32,000 nt of DNA from Clostridia bacterium (GCA_017934955.1 JAGBIO010000011.1:116377-148376); one strand, 5' to 3'. Shown: positions 16,157-27,015, counted from the first letter of the stretch. Made by a program: numbers and translations. The notes: generated by a model from the letters alone, not told the origin.

Positions 16157-17134
16157 GTGAAACAAGTGATTAAACCAATAAAAATCGGAAGCGTGGAAAT
16201 AAAAAATAATGTGTTTTTGGCACCGATGGCGGGAGTGACCGATATGCCTTTTCGAAAATTGTGTCGAGAGTTTGGTGCAGGGTTGGTTTATACCGAAATG
16301 GCAAGTTCTAAGGCAGTCGAGTATAAAAGCGAAAAGACCGAAAATATTTATAGAGTATTTGAAGAAGAACATCCGATTGCAATTCAAATTTTTGGTTCCG
16401 AACCGGAAATTATGGCAAATACGGCAGAAAAATTAAGTAATTTTGCAGATTTAATCGATATTAATATGGGCTGTCCTGCCAATAAAATTGTAAAAAACGG
16501 CGAAGGTTCGGCGTTAATGAAGAATTTGGACTTAGCGGCAAGAATTATAGAGGCAACGGTGAAAGCTTCGAAAGTTCCGGTTAGCGTAAAAATGCGAAAA
16601 GGTTGGGATGAGAAGCATATTAATGCACCGGAATTGGCGAAGGTTGCTGAAAATTGCGGGGCTGTTATGGTTACGATTCATGGCAGGACGAGGGAACAAA
16701 TGTATAGCGGAGAGGCAGATTTGGAAATCATTCGAAAAGTGAAGGAAACCGTAAAAATACCGGTTATCGGAAACGGGGACATTCGTGACTTTGCGTCGGC
16801 AGAGAGAATGTTTAAAGAAACCCGCTGTGACGGAATTATGGTGGCACGTGGCGCACAGGGAAATCCATGGATTTTCCGTGAAATTTTGACCGGTAAATCC
16901 GATAAGCCGACAGTACAAGAGAAAATTGCGTTAATTATTCGTCATTTGGAGCTTGAAGTGGCACATAAAGGGGAATATACCGGTATTCGCGAGATGAGAA
17001 AACATATTGCGAATTACTTAAAAGGAGTTCCAAATTCTTCGCAAATAAAAGAGGAAATTAATCATTTAGAGAGTGCAGAAGAAGTAAAGGCAGTGTTAAA
17101 TAATATACGAAAGATGGGAGAGAAAATATGTTAG
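16157..17134 (+). CDS. dusB: tRNA dihydrouridine synthase DusB
   Basis: FLAPMAGVTDMPFR, INMGCP, HGRTREQ and the C-terminal helical domain typical of the Dus family. GTG start; GTG 16166 is an alternative. Confidence 0.9.
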   Translation: MKQVIKPIKIGSVEIKNNVFLAPMAGVTDMPFRKLCREFGAGLVYTEMASSKAVEYKSEKTENIYRVFEEEHPIAIQIFGSEPEIMANTAEKLSNFADLIDINMGCPANKIVKNGEGSALMKNLDLAARIIEATVKASKVPVSVKMRKGWDEKHINAPELAKVAENCGAVMVTIHGRTREQMYSGEADLEIIRKVKETVKIPVIGNGDIRDFASAERMFKETRCDGIMVARGAQGNPWIFREILTGKSDKPTVQEKIALIIRHLELEVAHKGEYTGIREMRKHIANYLKGVPNSSQIKEEINHLESAEEVKAVLNNIRKMGEKIC

Positions 17135-17694
17135 AGCGTTTTTTTCCGAATTACTATACAGACAAAGTTTCTGATTTAAAAACCGAATTTTTTACAGAAA
17201 GAAAGATAAAAGGAATTTTAATCGATATTGATAATACATTAATTGATTATTATGAAAATATCGCAGAAGACACGTTACAGTGGATTGAACATATAAAAAA
17301 GAGTGGAATAAAAATTCTATTATTATCCAATAATAACAAAGATAGGGTAAATCGAATCGGAAATCGTCTTGGCGTGGAGGGAATTTATTATGCCGCAAAG
17401 CCAAGAAGAAGAGGATTTGTATCGGCAATGGAAAAAATGCACCTTAAAAATCATGAAGTTTGTATTATAGGAGATCAATTGTTTACCGATATTTACGGTG
17501 GAAATCGCCTAAATATTTTTACAGTTTTGGTGAAACAAGTACATGAACGAGATATTTGGATTACCAAATTTAAAAGACCTTTAGAAAAGCACATTATGAG
17601 GCTTTTCCTGAAAAATGATGATAAAATGGCTAAAAGACGCGATTCTTGGAAAGAAAAGAGCGCTATCAGTAAGAAAATTCAAGAAAAAAATTAA
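17128..17694 (+). CDS. yqeG: YqeG-family HAD-IIIA phosphatase
   Basis: GILIDIDNTL (DxDxT), LLSNN, IGDQLFTD. Overlaps the dusB stop by 7 nt. Confidence 0.8.
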   Translation: MLERFFPNYYTDKVSDLKTEFFTERKIKGILIDIDNTLIDYYENIAEDTLQWIEHIKKSGIKILLLSNNNKDRVNRIGNRLGVEGIYYAAKPRRRGFVSAMEKMHLKNHEVCIIGDQLFTDIYGGNRLNIFTVLVKQVHERDIWITKFKRPLEKHIMRLFLKNDDKMAKRRDSWKEKSAISKKIQEKN

Positions 17695-17719
17695 GAAAAA
17701 TTTAGGAAAATGCTATAAT
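17691..17719 (+). promoter_or_regulatory. hup promoter
   Basis: TTAAGA, 17-nt spacer, extended -10 TGCTATAAT (17711-17719). Confidence 0.5.
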
Positions 17720-17785
17720 ATTTTCTTAAAATGCCGATAATAACCATGAAAGTTGAAATACAAAATTTTAGAGGGGGTATTTTTA

Positions 17786-18061
17786 ATGAACAAAGCTGAA
17801 TTAATCGCAGCAATGGCAGCAAAAGCTGATTTGACAAAAAAGGATTCGGAAAGTGCGTTAAATGCATTTATTGATACAGTTTCTGAATCTCTTAAAAAAG
17901 GAGACAAAGTTGGTTTAGTTGGATTCGGTACATTCGAAGTTAAGAGCAGAGCAGCTCGTGAAGGTGTTAACCCACAAACGAAAAAAGCTATCAAGATTCC
18001 TGCTAAGAAAGCTCCTGTTTTCAAAGCTGGTAAAGGCTTAAAAGAATTAGTAAATGGCTAA
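17786..18061 (+). CDS. hup: DNA-binding protein HU
   Basis: [11 protein letters not shown]...[23 protein letters not shown] 17786 follows GAGGGGG; the ORF-track start at 17753 is too early. Confidence 0.95.
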   Translation: MNKAELIAAMAAKADLTKKDSESALNAFIDTVSESLKKGDKVGLVGFGTFEVKSRAAREGVNPQTKKAIKIPAKKAPVFKAGKGLKELVNG

Positions 18062-18070
18062 CACACAAAA

Positions 18071-18100
18071 CTGCTTGAAAATTCCTTCAAGCAGTTTTTC
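18071..18100 (+). terminator. hup terminator
   Basis: CTGCTTGAA / TTCAAGCAG stem followed by TTTTTC. Confidence 0.85.
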
Positions 18101-18114
18101 TTTATACAGTGTTA

Positions 18115-18156
18115 AAATAAAGAGATACCGTATAACGCTCGGTATCTCTTTATTTT
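18115..18156 (-). terminator. motB terminator (hairpin also usable in the + direction)
   Basis: AGAGATACCG (18121-18130) / CGGTATCTCT (18140-18149), flanked by A/T runs. Confidence 0.7.
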
Positions 18157-18158
18157 AT

Positions 18159-18926
18159 CTACTCAACTGCATAATTTCTTAAAATCGTAATTTCCACACG
18201 TCGATTCTGCGCTCTGCCTTCCGCCGTATCGTTTGTAGCAATCGGCTGAAACTCTCCGTTGCTTGTTGCCGTTAAATAACTTGGCGTCAAAGCACATTCA
18301 TTCACTAAATACTTTAATACGTTAATCGCTCTTAATCCACCCAGTTCCCAGTTTGACGGAATCATAGGATTTCCTCTCATCGGAATATTATCGGTATGTC
18401 CCTCAATTTGAATGTAGTTATTCGGAAGATTTTTTAAAACATCTCCGATTTTCGCCATAATCGGTTTCGATTCTTCGTTAATATAGGGGCTTCCGCTGTT
18501 AAATAAAACAGCATCTTTAATTCGAATATGTACTCCAACATCGTCAATAACAACTTCTAATGAATCGGATAAGCCTTCCAATTCAGCAATATCTTCTACC
18601 TGCTGTTTAATCATATCCATATTTCTGGCTTCAATAGCACTATTGGATAACGTAGCATCTCCTGAGTAACCATCAATAATGCTATCGCCGGAATACATTT
18701 CGATTACAGAACCACTAAGAGTCGTGTTACCAAATGCACTTGCAATTGCAGCTAAAGCGGAAGCTTGACCTGAGCCATCTGAACCGGCTGCCTTTGCATC
18801 GGCAGAAGCCATAGAATATAAAATAATGAATACAGCACATAAAAGCGTTATAAAGTCGGAATATGAAACTAGCCAACGTTCGCTGTTTTCTTTTTCAGCT
18901 GGTTTGGCTTTTTTCTTTATAGCCAT
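18159..18926 (-). CDS. motB: MotB-like stator protein (OmpA-like C-terminal domain)
   Basis: N-terminal SERWLVSYSDFITLLCAVFIILY (TM with conserved Asp). C-terminal peptidoglycan-binding region ...AQNRRVEITIL. Confidence 0.8.
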   Translation of the reverse strand: MAIKKKAKPAEKENSERWLVSYSDFITLLCAVFIILYSMASADAKAAGSDGSGQASALAAIASAFGNTTLSGSVIEMYSGDSIIDGYSGDATLSNSAIEARNMDMIKQQVEDIAELEGLSDSLEVVIDDVGVHIRIKDAVLFNSGSPYINEESKPIMAKIGDVLKNLPNNYIQIEGHTDNIPMRGNPMIPSNWELGGLRAINVLKYLVNECALTPSYLTATSNGEFQPIATNDTAEGRAQNRRVEITILRNYAVE

Positions 18927-18943
18927 AATCTAATCCCTCCAGT

Positions 18944-19753
18944 TTATTCAGCATTTCTTGATGATTTTTTTGCATTACTTTCATTTGGAGCAATTCCGTT
19001 TAATTCAGCAATTAAATCATAACTCAATTTATCTTTCATAATTTTAGGATTTTCGCCGGCTTGAATAGATAAAACTCCTTCAATAACAAGCTCTGCAGTA
19101 GCAGATTCATGTTTAGCAATTGTTTTTACTTTATTTGCAAAAGGTAAATAGATAACATTAGCAAAACATACGCCGTATAGTGTTGCAACGAAAGCAACTG
19201 CAATAGCATGTCCTAAGTGGGCCATATCAGCAGTTGCAAGATTTTGTAAAAGATTTATTAATCCCATAACGGTACCGATAATACCCATTGTAGGCGAATA
19301 TCCACCTGCCGCCTCAAATCCGGCAGCTGCTGCGTGTAAATCATTTTCTGAAATTTCGGCTTGACGCATTAATGTTTCAGCAACTAAGTCCTTATCCAGC
19401 CCACTCATAATAAGTTCTAATCCTTTTTTTATTAATGCATTATCTTGTTTTGGAATTTCCTCTTCTAAGCTTAATATTCCAGACCGCCTTGCTTTATCAC
19501 CGAGTTCAGCCAATCGGTTTATTATTGCAAGTTGATCGATCGGTTTATTGTTGAAAACAATTTTTACTGCCTTACCCATTTTTTTAATTTCTTCCATAGG
19601 AAAGGATATTAAAACCGCTCCAACAGTACCACCTACGACAATCATAAATGCTGTTATCTGGAACAAATTGGCAAATGCTCCGCCTTCTAACCAAAAGGCA
19701 GATAAAAACATTCCGAATGCAACAAATAATCCAGCAAGACTTAATATATCCAT
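18944..19753 (-). CDS. motA: MotA-like stator protein (MotA/TolQ/ExbB proton channel family)
   Basis: 269 aa. Two N-terminal TM segments, a cytoplasmic loop, and the C-terminal channel helices YSPTMGIIGTVMGLI...AVAFVATLYG. Confidence 0.85.
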   Translation of the reverse strand: MDILSLAGLFVAFGMFLSAFWLEGGAFANLFQITAFMIVVGGTVGAVLISFPMEEIKKMGKAVKIVFNNKPIDQLAIINRLAELGDKARRSGILSLEEEIPKQDNALIKKGLELIMSGLDKDLVAETLMRQAEISENDLHAAAAGFEAAGGYSPTMGIIGTVMGLINLLQNLATADMAHLGHAIAVAFVATLYGVCFANVIYLPFANKVKTIAKHESATAELVIEGVLSIQAGENPKIMKDKLSYDLIAELNGIAPNESNAKKSSRNAE

Positions 19754-19840
19754 AACTTATTCAATCCTCCTAATATTCTCAATCACTCATTGTTATCGGT
19801 TTTCCGTAAAAAAAACTTAACAAAAAGCGACAAGGAAAGC

Positions 19841-19871
19841 AAAAAAAATCGGGTTCTAAAATTAAGAACCC
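19841..19871 (-). terminator. topA terminator
   Basis: Minus strand: GGGTTCT-TAATTTT-AGAACCC followed by GATTTTTTTT. Confidence 0.75.
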
Positions 19872-19881
19872 ATTTTTCTGG

Positions 19882-21963
19882 CTATTTTTTTACACTTTCC
19901 GATTCGATTTCGTATTTACAATTATCGTTACAACAAATCAATTTTTTCCCTTTCTTATACATAAAATTACCGCATTTCGGGCAATTGGTATCGGTTGGTT
20001 CTTCCCAAATCATGAAATTGCAGGCTTTACTGTTTTCGCAAGCATAATATTTTTTACCACGTCTTGTTTTTCGAATTAAAACTTTTCCATGACATACCGG
20101 ACAGAACTTTCCGGTTTCTTCGACAATCGGTTTTGCGTTTCGACATTCCGGGAATCCGGGGCACGCTAAGAATTTACCGTATTTTCCTTGTTTAATCACC
20201 ATCATTCTGCCGCATTTTTCGCATTGTACGTCGCTCTCTTCATAAGTCAATTCCACTTTTCCAATTTTCTCTTCCGCAACTTTCAATGTTTCTGAAAAAG
20301 GACCGTAGAAGTTATCGATAACTTCTTTCCAAGGAATTTTTCCTTCCTCAATTTCATCCAAATCGGTTTCCATTTCCGCCGTAAATGCAATATCCATAAT
20401 ATTCGCAAAATTTTCTTTTAATAAGTCGGTTACAATAGTCCCTAATTCTGTCGGATAAAGAACTTTCTTTTCTTTTTCGATGTAGCCTCTTGAAATAATC
20501 GTCGTAATAGTAGGAGCATAGGTACTCGGTCTTCCGATACCTTTTTCTTCTAATGCTTTCACTAAACTTGCTTCGGAATAACGAGGAGGCGGTTCGGTAA
20601 AATGCTGTTTTGGAGAAATCTCTTTCTTTACGACTTTTTCTCCTTCGCTAAGAGGAGGAAGAATCACATCTTTTTCATTTTCTCCGGATTCATTTGTTTC
20701 GGTATATAACGTCATAAATCCCGGAAATTTTATTTGCGAACCGTTCGCTTTTAAGAGATATTCTCCGGCACGAATGTCAATCGCCAAAGTTGTAAAAACA
20801 GCAGATGCCATCTGGCTTGCCATAAAGCGTTCCCAAATTAGTTTGTACAGCTTAAATTGTTCGTTGCTTAATGAATCTTTAATTTCTTCCGGCTTGATAT
20901 GCAAATAAGAAGGACGAATCGCTTCGTGAGCGTCTTGTGCAGACTTTTTCGATTTATACACATTCGGAGCAGTAGGGTAGAAGTCATTTCCGTAGGTACT
21001 TTTGATAATCGATTCCGCTTCTTTTTGAGCTTCTTCTGAAATTCTGGCGGAATCGGTTCTCATATAAGTAATCAAACCGATTGTACCGTGTCCTTTGATA
21101 TCTAATCCTTCATATAACTGTTGCGCAATCATCATAGTTTTGGAAGCACCGAAACCGTATTTTCTGGATGCTTCCTGCTGTAATGTACTGGTGATAAACG
21201 GTGGGGCAGGGTGACGTTTCTTTTCACCGGGCTTGATGGAAGAAATAATATAATCTGCATTTTTTAAATCTTTTAGAATTTTATCCGCTTCTTCTTTGGA
21301 AGAAATGTCTGTTTTTTTGTCGCCTTTTCCGTAGAATTTCGCTTCAAATGTTTTTGTACTTTTTTCCTTTGCGAGGGTCGCGGTAATCGTCCAATATTCT
21401 TCCGGAATAAACTTTTCGATTTCTCTTTCCCGGTCAACAATCAATTCTACCGCAACCGATTGAACACGTCCGGCACTCAATCCTTTTTTGACGTTTTTCC
21501 ATAAAAGCGGGCTGATTTTATAACCCACAATTCGATCCAAAACACGTCTTGCTTGTTGGGCATCTACTAAATTCATATCAATATTTCGCGGATTAGCAAT
21601 TGCCTTTTTTACAGCACTTTCGGTAATTTCATTAAACGTCACACGAACTAAATTTTTTTCCGGTACGTCCAACAAAGACGCAAGATGCCAAGAAATTGCT
21701 TCTCCCTCACGATCCGGGTCGGTTGCGAGAAAAACTTTTTTACTGTCTTTTGCCGCTTTTTTTAGTTTCTTAATTAAATCGGCTTTACCACGTATATTAA
21801 TGTATTTCGGTTCAAAATGATTTTCAATATCGATTCCAAGTTGGCTTTTCGGAAGATCCCGAATGTGTCCCATCGAAGCTTCTACTTTGTAGTTACTTCC
21901 TAAGAATTTTTTAATTGTCTTTGATTTTGCAGGTGACTCAACGATAATCAAATAACTTGCCAT
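19882..21963 (-). CDS. topA: DNA topoisomerase I
   Basis: 693 aa. Toprim N-terminus IIVESPAKSKTIKKFLG, a conserved type IA core, and three C-terminal C4 zinc ribbons. Confidence 0.97.
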   Translation of the reverse strand: MASYLIIVESPAKSKTIKKFLGSNYKVEASMGHIRDLPKSQLGIDIENHFEPKYINIRGKADLIKKLKKAAKDSKKVFLATDPDREGEAISWHLASLLDVPEKNLVRVTFNEITESAVKKAIANPRNIDMNLVDAQQARRVLDRIVGYKISPLLWKNVKKGLSAGRVQSVAVELIVDREREIEKFIPEEYWTITATLAKEKSTKTFEAKFYGKGDKKTDISSKEEADKILKDLKNADYIISSIKPGEKKRHPAPPFITSTLQQEASRKYGFGASKTMMIAQQLYEGLDIKGHGTIGLITYMRTDSARISEEAQKEAESIIKSTYGNDFYPTAPNVYKSKKSAQDAHEAIRPSYLHIKPEEIKDSLSNEQFKLYKLIWERFMASQMASAVFTTLAIDIRAGEYLLKANGSQIKFPGFMTLYTETNESGENEKDVILPPLSEGEKVVKKEISPKQHFTEPPPRYSEASLVKALEEKGIGRPSTYAPTITTIISRGYIEKEKKVLYPTELGTIVTDLLKENFANIMDIAFTAEMETDLDEIEEGKIPWKEVIDNFYGPFSETLKVAEEKIGKVELTYEESDVQCEKCGRMMVIKQGKYGKFLACPGFPECRNAKPIVEETGKFCPVCHGKVLIRKTRRGKKYYACENSKACNFMIWEEPTDTNCPKCGNFMYKKGKKLICCNDNCKYEIESESVKK

Positions 21964-22077
21964 TGTTTCACTCCTATTCTGAAGAATTAATCTTCCTTTA
22001 ATTCAAATAGAGTGTACATTAAAAAAAAAAAATATGCAACAACTTTTGAAAAAATGAAAATCTCCCACATCTAATCT

Positions 22078-23160
22078 TTATTCTTTAATATAGTTGCTTC
22101 CCGGAAGTTGTTTAATGTATCCGCTTAACTCCATGTCGGTTAAAAGGGGGAGTAATTCGCTTGCCGGAATTTGTGTTTCTTGAATAATGATATCGAGTGG
22201 TGTTGGAGTGAGAGACAGCAAGTTATACACTTTCCTTTCTATTGGTGTTAAAGAGGGTGGAGGTGATTTTTTTATTTTTTTCTGCGGAGTAGGCAAGATT
22301 TGGCGGAGGTAGTGCTGCAAGTCACTGATGATGTCTTGAGCGGAAGTGACGATTTTAGCACCGTCTTTGATTAATTCGTTGGTTCCTTCTGAGAAAGGTG
22401 TGCAGATATTGCCGGGGACTGCGTAAACTTCTCGCCCGGCTTCGGCGGCTAATCGTGCGGTGATGAGAGTTCCGCTTTTTTTTGCGGCTTCGATGACTAA
22501 AGTTCCTAAAGAAAGACCGGCGACAATGCGGTTTCGCACCGGAAAATTTTGCGAGATTGGTGCGGTATGGAGAGGAAATTCTGAAAAAACCGCTCCGTTT
22601 TCTGCGATTTGCTCATATAATTTTCTGTTTTCCGAAGGATAAATAACGTCAATTCCGCTACCTAAAACGGCTATGGTACGTCCGTTTGCAGAAATGGCGG
22701 ATTGATGAGAAAAAGAATCAATCCCTCTTGCCATACCGCTGATGACGGTAATACCGGCAGAAGCTAATTCAAAAGCCATTTTTTGTGTGACCGCTTTCCC
22801 GTAAGGGGTGTAGTTTCGAGAGCCGACGATAGAGATAGAAACTTCGTCTTGCGGTAAAAGACTTCCTTTATAAAAGAGAATAGGTGGCGGGGAAGGAGCG
22901 TTTTGCAGATTAATTGGATATTCCTGTGAAAGAAAACTGATTAAATGAATATTGTTTTTTCGACAAAATTCAAATTCTCTTTCCGCTTGTTTTTTGAGTG
23001 CATCAAAAGAGAAGCGGAAACGAACTTTTTCGGGAAAGGGTTCCTCTGTATTTTGTAAAGAAAAAAGATTTTCCGGAGTAGGATGGTTTATTAAAAATTG
23101 TTGTAATAATGTGTAATTGCTTTCAAATATCAGAGAAAGCCAGAGTAAATATAATTCCAT
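22078..23160 (-). CDS. dprA: DNA-processing protein DprA
   Basis: GSRNYTPYG...SGMARGIDSFSH...AVLGSGIDVIYPSEN Rossmann-like DprA core, plus a C-terminal winged-helix-like tail. Confidence 0.9.
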   Translation of the reverse strand: MELYLLWLSLIFESNYTLLQQFLINHPTPENLFSLQNTEEPFPEKVRFRFSFDALKKQAEREFEFCRKNNIHLISFLSQEYPINLQNAPSPPPILFYKGSLLPQDEVSISIVGSRNYTPYGKAVTQKMAFELASAGITVISGMARGIDSFSHQSAISANGRTIAVLGSGIDVIYPSENRKLYEQIAENGAVFSEFPLHTAPISQNFPVRNRIVAGLSLGTLVIEAAKKSGTLITARLAAEAGREVYAVPGNICTPFSEGTNELIKDGAKIVTSAQDIISDLQHYLRQILPTPQKKIKKSPPPSLTPIERKVYNLLSLTPTPLDIIIQETQIPASELLPLLTDMELSGYIKQLPGSNYIKE

Positions 23161-23216
23161 AATGTCACCTCATTACAAATCATAACATATTTTACAAATT
23201 ATTACAATACATTTTT

Positions 23217-23437
23217 GTTACAGTTCAGAATGAACCTTATATATACCTTAAAATGTTTCTTAATCATTGTAGGGACAGCATTTATGCTGTCCACAGAAAA
23301 GGCGGAAAGCAGGACAGCATGAATTGTGTCCGCGGAATAGGCAGAAGGTAGAATTAGGACACAATAAATTGTGTCCGTATAAACCGCATTCTGGCGATAT
23401 TTTTCGAAAGATACAAGATTATAGTCTGACCTGTAAC
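23217..23437 (+). mobile_element. MITE-like element copy c with a three-hairpin chimeric REP core
   Basis: GTTACAGTTCAGAATG ... ATAGTCTGACCTGTAAC. ACATTTTT is present at both flanks (23209-23216 and 23436-23443). Hairpins at ~23273, 23312 and 23357. Confidence 0.8.
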
Positions 23438-23465
23438 ATTTTTTGAACAAATATTGGAAAAGTTG

Positions 23466-23495
23466 TTGACATATTTGCATTTCCGGTGGTAAAAT
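23466..23495 (+). promoter_or_regulatory. str operon promoter
   Basis: TTGACA (23466-23471), 18-nt spacer, extended -10 TGGTAAAAT (23487-23495). Confidence 0.7.
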
Positions 23496-23537
23496 ATAGG
23501 CTGTACGTCAATATTTAAATAAGGAGGTGAAAAAGAA

Positions 23538-23951
23538 GTGCCAACCTTTAATCAGTTAGTAAAAAAGGGAAGATCCACAGTAACAAAAAAATCTACTGCT
23601 CCTGCTTTACAAAAAGGTTTGAACTCTAAGAGAAAAATTGAAACAGATATCAGTTGTCCTCAAAAGAGAGGTGTTTGTACCGTTGTAAAAACAACAACAC
23701 CGAAAAAACCGAATTCTGCATTAAGAAAAATTGCCAGAGTTAAGTTGACGAACGGTATGGAAGTAACATCTTACATTCCGGGAATCGGACACAATTTACA
23801 GGAACATAGTGTTGTGTTAATCAGAGGTGGAAAAGTAAAAGACCTTCCGGGTGTTCGTTATCATATCATCCGTGGTGTATTGGATACAGCCGGTGTTAAC
23901 GACAGAAAGCAAGGAAGATCGAAATACGGCGCAAAGAGACCTAAGAAATAG
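23538..23951 (+). CDS. rpsL: 30S ribosomal protein S12
   Basis: GTG start after [27 protein letters not shown]...[13 protein letters not shown]. Confidence 0.97.
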   Translation: MPTFNQLVKKGRSTVTKKSTAPALQKGLNSKRKIETDISCPQKRGVCTVVKTTTPKKPNSALRKIARVKLTNGMEVTSYIPGIGHNLQEHSVVLIRGGKVKDLPGVRYHIIRGVLDTAGVNDRKQGRSKYGAKRPKK

Positions 23952-24073
23952 AAATTCGTACAGTCTCAATGCAGGAAACAGAAATGTTTCTTGAACGTAT
24001 GGCTTGTACGGTTTTAATATATATTAGATAGTACGAGCGCTAACGGCTTTAAGCCGAGTACCTGAAACAGTGA

Positions 24074-24574
<501 letters not shown>

Positions 24575-24581
24575 GCATTAT

Positions 24582-24875
24582 TTGCTTAATGAATTCGAGC
24601 CTAAAAGGCGAAGAATGAATTTAGCAAATAAGCCCGCAGCAATTCGCAGAATTGCTGTGTACCGCTAAAAAGTAAGTAAAATAATTGCGGTTCTATGAAA
24701 GCGAAGCTTGAATAGAACATTGGTAAAGTTGCTTAATGAATTCGAGCCTAAAAGGCGAAGAATGAATTTAGCAAATAAGCCCGCAGCAATTCGCAAAATT
24801 GCTGTGTACCGCTAAAAAAGTAAAATATAACTCCGTTCTGTGAAAGCGAAGCTTGAACAGAACAATAGTAGTTTT
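24582..24875 (+). repeat. 2 x 147-bp tandem repeat of a hairpin-rich element in the rpsG-fusA spacer
   Basis: TTGCTTAATGAATTCGAGCC... begins at 24582 and again at 24729. The first ~88 nt of each unit differ at one base; the 3' parts diverge. Confidence 0.9.
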
Positions 24876-24919
24876 ATATTACATTTTTTATTGTTTGAAA
24901 AAATACAAGGAGGGTAATT

Positions 24920-27007
24920 ATGCCGAGACAATTTCCGTTGGAAAAAACAAGAAATATCGGTATTATGGCTCATATAGATGCTGGTAAGACAACTACAACA
25001 GAAAGAATTTTGTTCTATACCGGTAAGGTTCATAAGATTGGTGAAACCCACGAGGGTGCCGCTACAATGGACTGGATGGAACAAGAGCAGGAAAGAGGTA
25101 TTACTATTACTTCGGCTGCTACAACTTGTCAATGGAAAGGTAATAGAATCAATATTATCGATACTCCGGGACACGTTGACTTTACCGTTGAGGTTGAAAG
25201 ATCTTTAAGAGTATTAGATGGTGCCGTTGCAGTATTCTGTGCTAAGGGCGGTGTTGAGCCTCAATCAGAAACTGTATGGAGACAAGCCGATAAATATAAT
25301 GTTCCAAGAATTGCATACATTAATAAGATGGATATCATGGGAGCAGATTTCTATGCTGACGTTCAAATGATGAAAGACAGACTTGGAGCAAATGCAGTTC
25401 CACTTCAATTACCAATCGGTAAGGAAGATACCTTCAAAGGAATCATTGATTTGATTACGATGAAGAGTGAAGTGTATTATGATGATTTAGGAAAAGATAT
25501 TCGTGAAGAAGAAATTCCTGAAGATATGAAAGCAAAAGCAGAAGAATATAGAAATGCTATGTTGGAAGCTGTTGCTGAAGAAGACGAAGAGCTTATGATG
25601 AAGTACTTAGAAGGTCAGGAAATTACTGTTGAAGAAATTAAGAAAGCCATTCGAAAAGCAACAATTGCTGTAAGAATGACTCCTGTACTTTGCGGTTCTT
25701 CTTATAAAAACAAAGGTGTTCAAATGATGTTGGATGCTGTTATTGACTACTTACCTGCACCAATCGATGTTCCTCATATTAAAGGAACGGTTGAAGGAGT
25801 AGAGGGAGAAGTAGAAAGAGCTTCCAGCGATGAAGAACCTTTTGCAGCTTTGGCGTTTAAGATTATGACAGACCCGTTTGTTGGAAAGTTATGTTTCTTC
25901 AGAGTATATTCCGGTATCTTAGAATCCGGTTCATACGTATTAAATGCAACAAAGAACAGCAAGGAAAGAGTTGGCCGTATCGTATTGATGCATGCTAACC
26001 ACAGAGAAGATGTAGATAAAGTATATGCCGGAGATATTGCTGCGGCAGTTGGATTAAAGAATGTTACGACGGGTGATACCCTTTGCGACATCGAACATCC
26101 GATTATTTTGGAATCTATGGAATTCCCTGATCCGGTTATCTCTGTTGCGATTGAGCCAAAGGATAAAGCAAGCCAAGAAAAAATGGGTATTGCGTTATCA
26201 AAACTTGCGGAAGAAGATCCTACATTTAAGACTCATACAGACCAAGATTCCGGTCAAACCATTATCTCCGGTATGGGTGAGTTACACTTAGATATCATCG
26301 TTGACAGAATGAAACGTGAATTTAAGGTTGAATGTAACGTTGGTAAGCCACAAGTTGCTTATAAAGAAACCATTCGTAAGAAGGTTAAAGCAGAAGGTAA
26401 ATTTATTCGTCAATCCGGTGGTCGTGGACAATACGGTCATGCTATTATAGAGGTAGAACCGTTAGAGCGCGGAACCGGTTACGAATTTGTTAATAAGATT
26501 GTCGGTGGTGCGGTTCCTAAGGAATTTATCGGACCAATCGATAACGGTATTCAAGAAGCTATGGAGACCGGTATTTTAGCCGGATTCCCGGTAGTTGACT
26601 TGAGAGTAACGTTAGTAGATGGTTCTTACCATGATGTCGATTCTTCGGAAATGGCGTTCAAGATTGCCGGATCTATGGCAATTAAGGAAGCACAAAAACT
26701 TGGTGAATCGGTATTGTTAGAACCGGTTGAAAAAGTTGATATTACTGTTCCGGAAGAATATATGGGAGATGTTATCGGTGATATTAACTCTCGTCGTGGA
26801 CGTTTGGAAGGTATGGAAGACAGAGCGAATACAAAAGTTATTCACGGTTATGTTCCACTTTCCGAAATGTTTGGATATGCAACTGACCTTCGTTCCAGAA
26901 CGCAAGGTAGAGGCGCATACTCCATGCAGTTTGACCACTACGAAGAAGTTCCTAAGTCTGTTCAAGAGGCCGTTATGGGTCAGAGAGCAAACGTAAAGAA
27001 GGACTAA
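24920..27007 (+). CDS. fusA: Elongation factor G
   Basis: 695 aa. G1 [21 protein letters not shown]; EF-G domains II-V readable. Confidence 0.98.
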   Translation: MPRQFPLEKTRNIGIMAHIDAGKTTTTERILFYTGKVHKIGETHEGAATMDWMEQEQERGITITSAATTCQWKGNRINIIDTPGHVDFTVEVERSLRVLDGAVAVFCAKGGVEPQSETVWRQADKYNVPRIAYINKMDIMGADFYADVQMMKDRLGANAVPLQLPIGKEDTFKGIIDLITMKSEVYYDDLGKDIREEEIPEDMKAKAEEYRNAMLEAVAEEDEELMMKYLEGQEITVEEIKKAIRKATIAVRMTPVLCGSSYKNKGVQMMLDAVIDYLPAPIDVPHIKGTVEGVEGEVERASSDEEPFAALAFKIMTDPFVGKLCFFRVYSGILESGSYVLNATKNSKERVGRIVLMHANHREDVDKVYAGDIAAAVGLKNVTTGDTLCDIEHPIILESMEFPDPVISVAIEPKDKASQEKMGIALSKLAEEDPTFKTHTDQDSGQTIISGMGELHLDIIVDRMKREFKVECNVGKPQVAYKETIRKKVKAEGKFIRQSGGRGQYGHAIIEVEPLERGTGYEFVNKIVGGAVPKEFIGPIDNGIQEAMETGILAGFPVVDLRVTLVDGSYHDVDSSEMAFKIAGSMAIKEAQKLGESVLLEPVEKVDITVPEEYMGDVIGDINSRRGRLEGMEDRANTKVIHGYVPLSEMFGYATDLRSRTQGRGAYSMQFDHYEEVPKSVQEAVMGQRANVKKD

Positions 27008-27015
27008 GTAAATAG

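Noticed and set aside
18159-19753. motA-motB pair with no flagellar genes nearby, considered as a Zorya-like (ZorAB) defence module
   Set aside because: MotA is 269 aa with no long ZorA-type C-terminal tail, no zorC/zorD-like genes are adjacent, and the pair sits among housekeeping genes (hup, topA). An ordinary stator pair is the simplest reading.
22021-22032. A12 homopolymer between dprA and topA, considered as a phase-variable tract
   Set aside because: It is intergenic and not positioned between recognisable -35 and -10 elements, and both flanking genes are essential or housekeeping. There is no basis for a switch.
23202-23480. ORFs 23202-23480(-), 27074-27376(-), 30549-30815(-) and the N-terminal extension of 30569(+)
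   Set aside because: Their only conserved stretch (..SVDSINAVPT..) is the translated REP palindrome. They lie in intergenic MITE sequence without RBSs.
23586-23660. Extra ~13 residues in S12 (..[16 protein letters not shown]..) relative to the E. coli/Bacillus protein
   Set aside because: From memory, this longer N-terminal loop is a lineage feature of some Clostridia/Peptostreptococcaceae S12 proteins. The rest of the protein is canonical, so it is not treated as novel. An alignment would confirm this.
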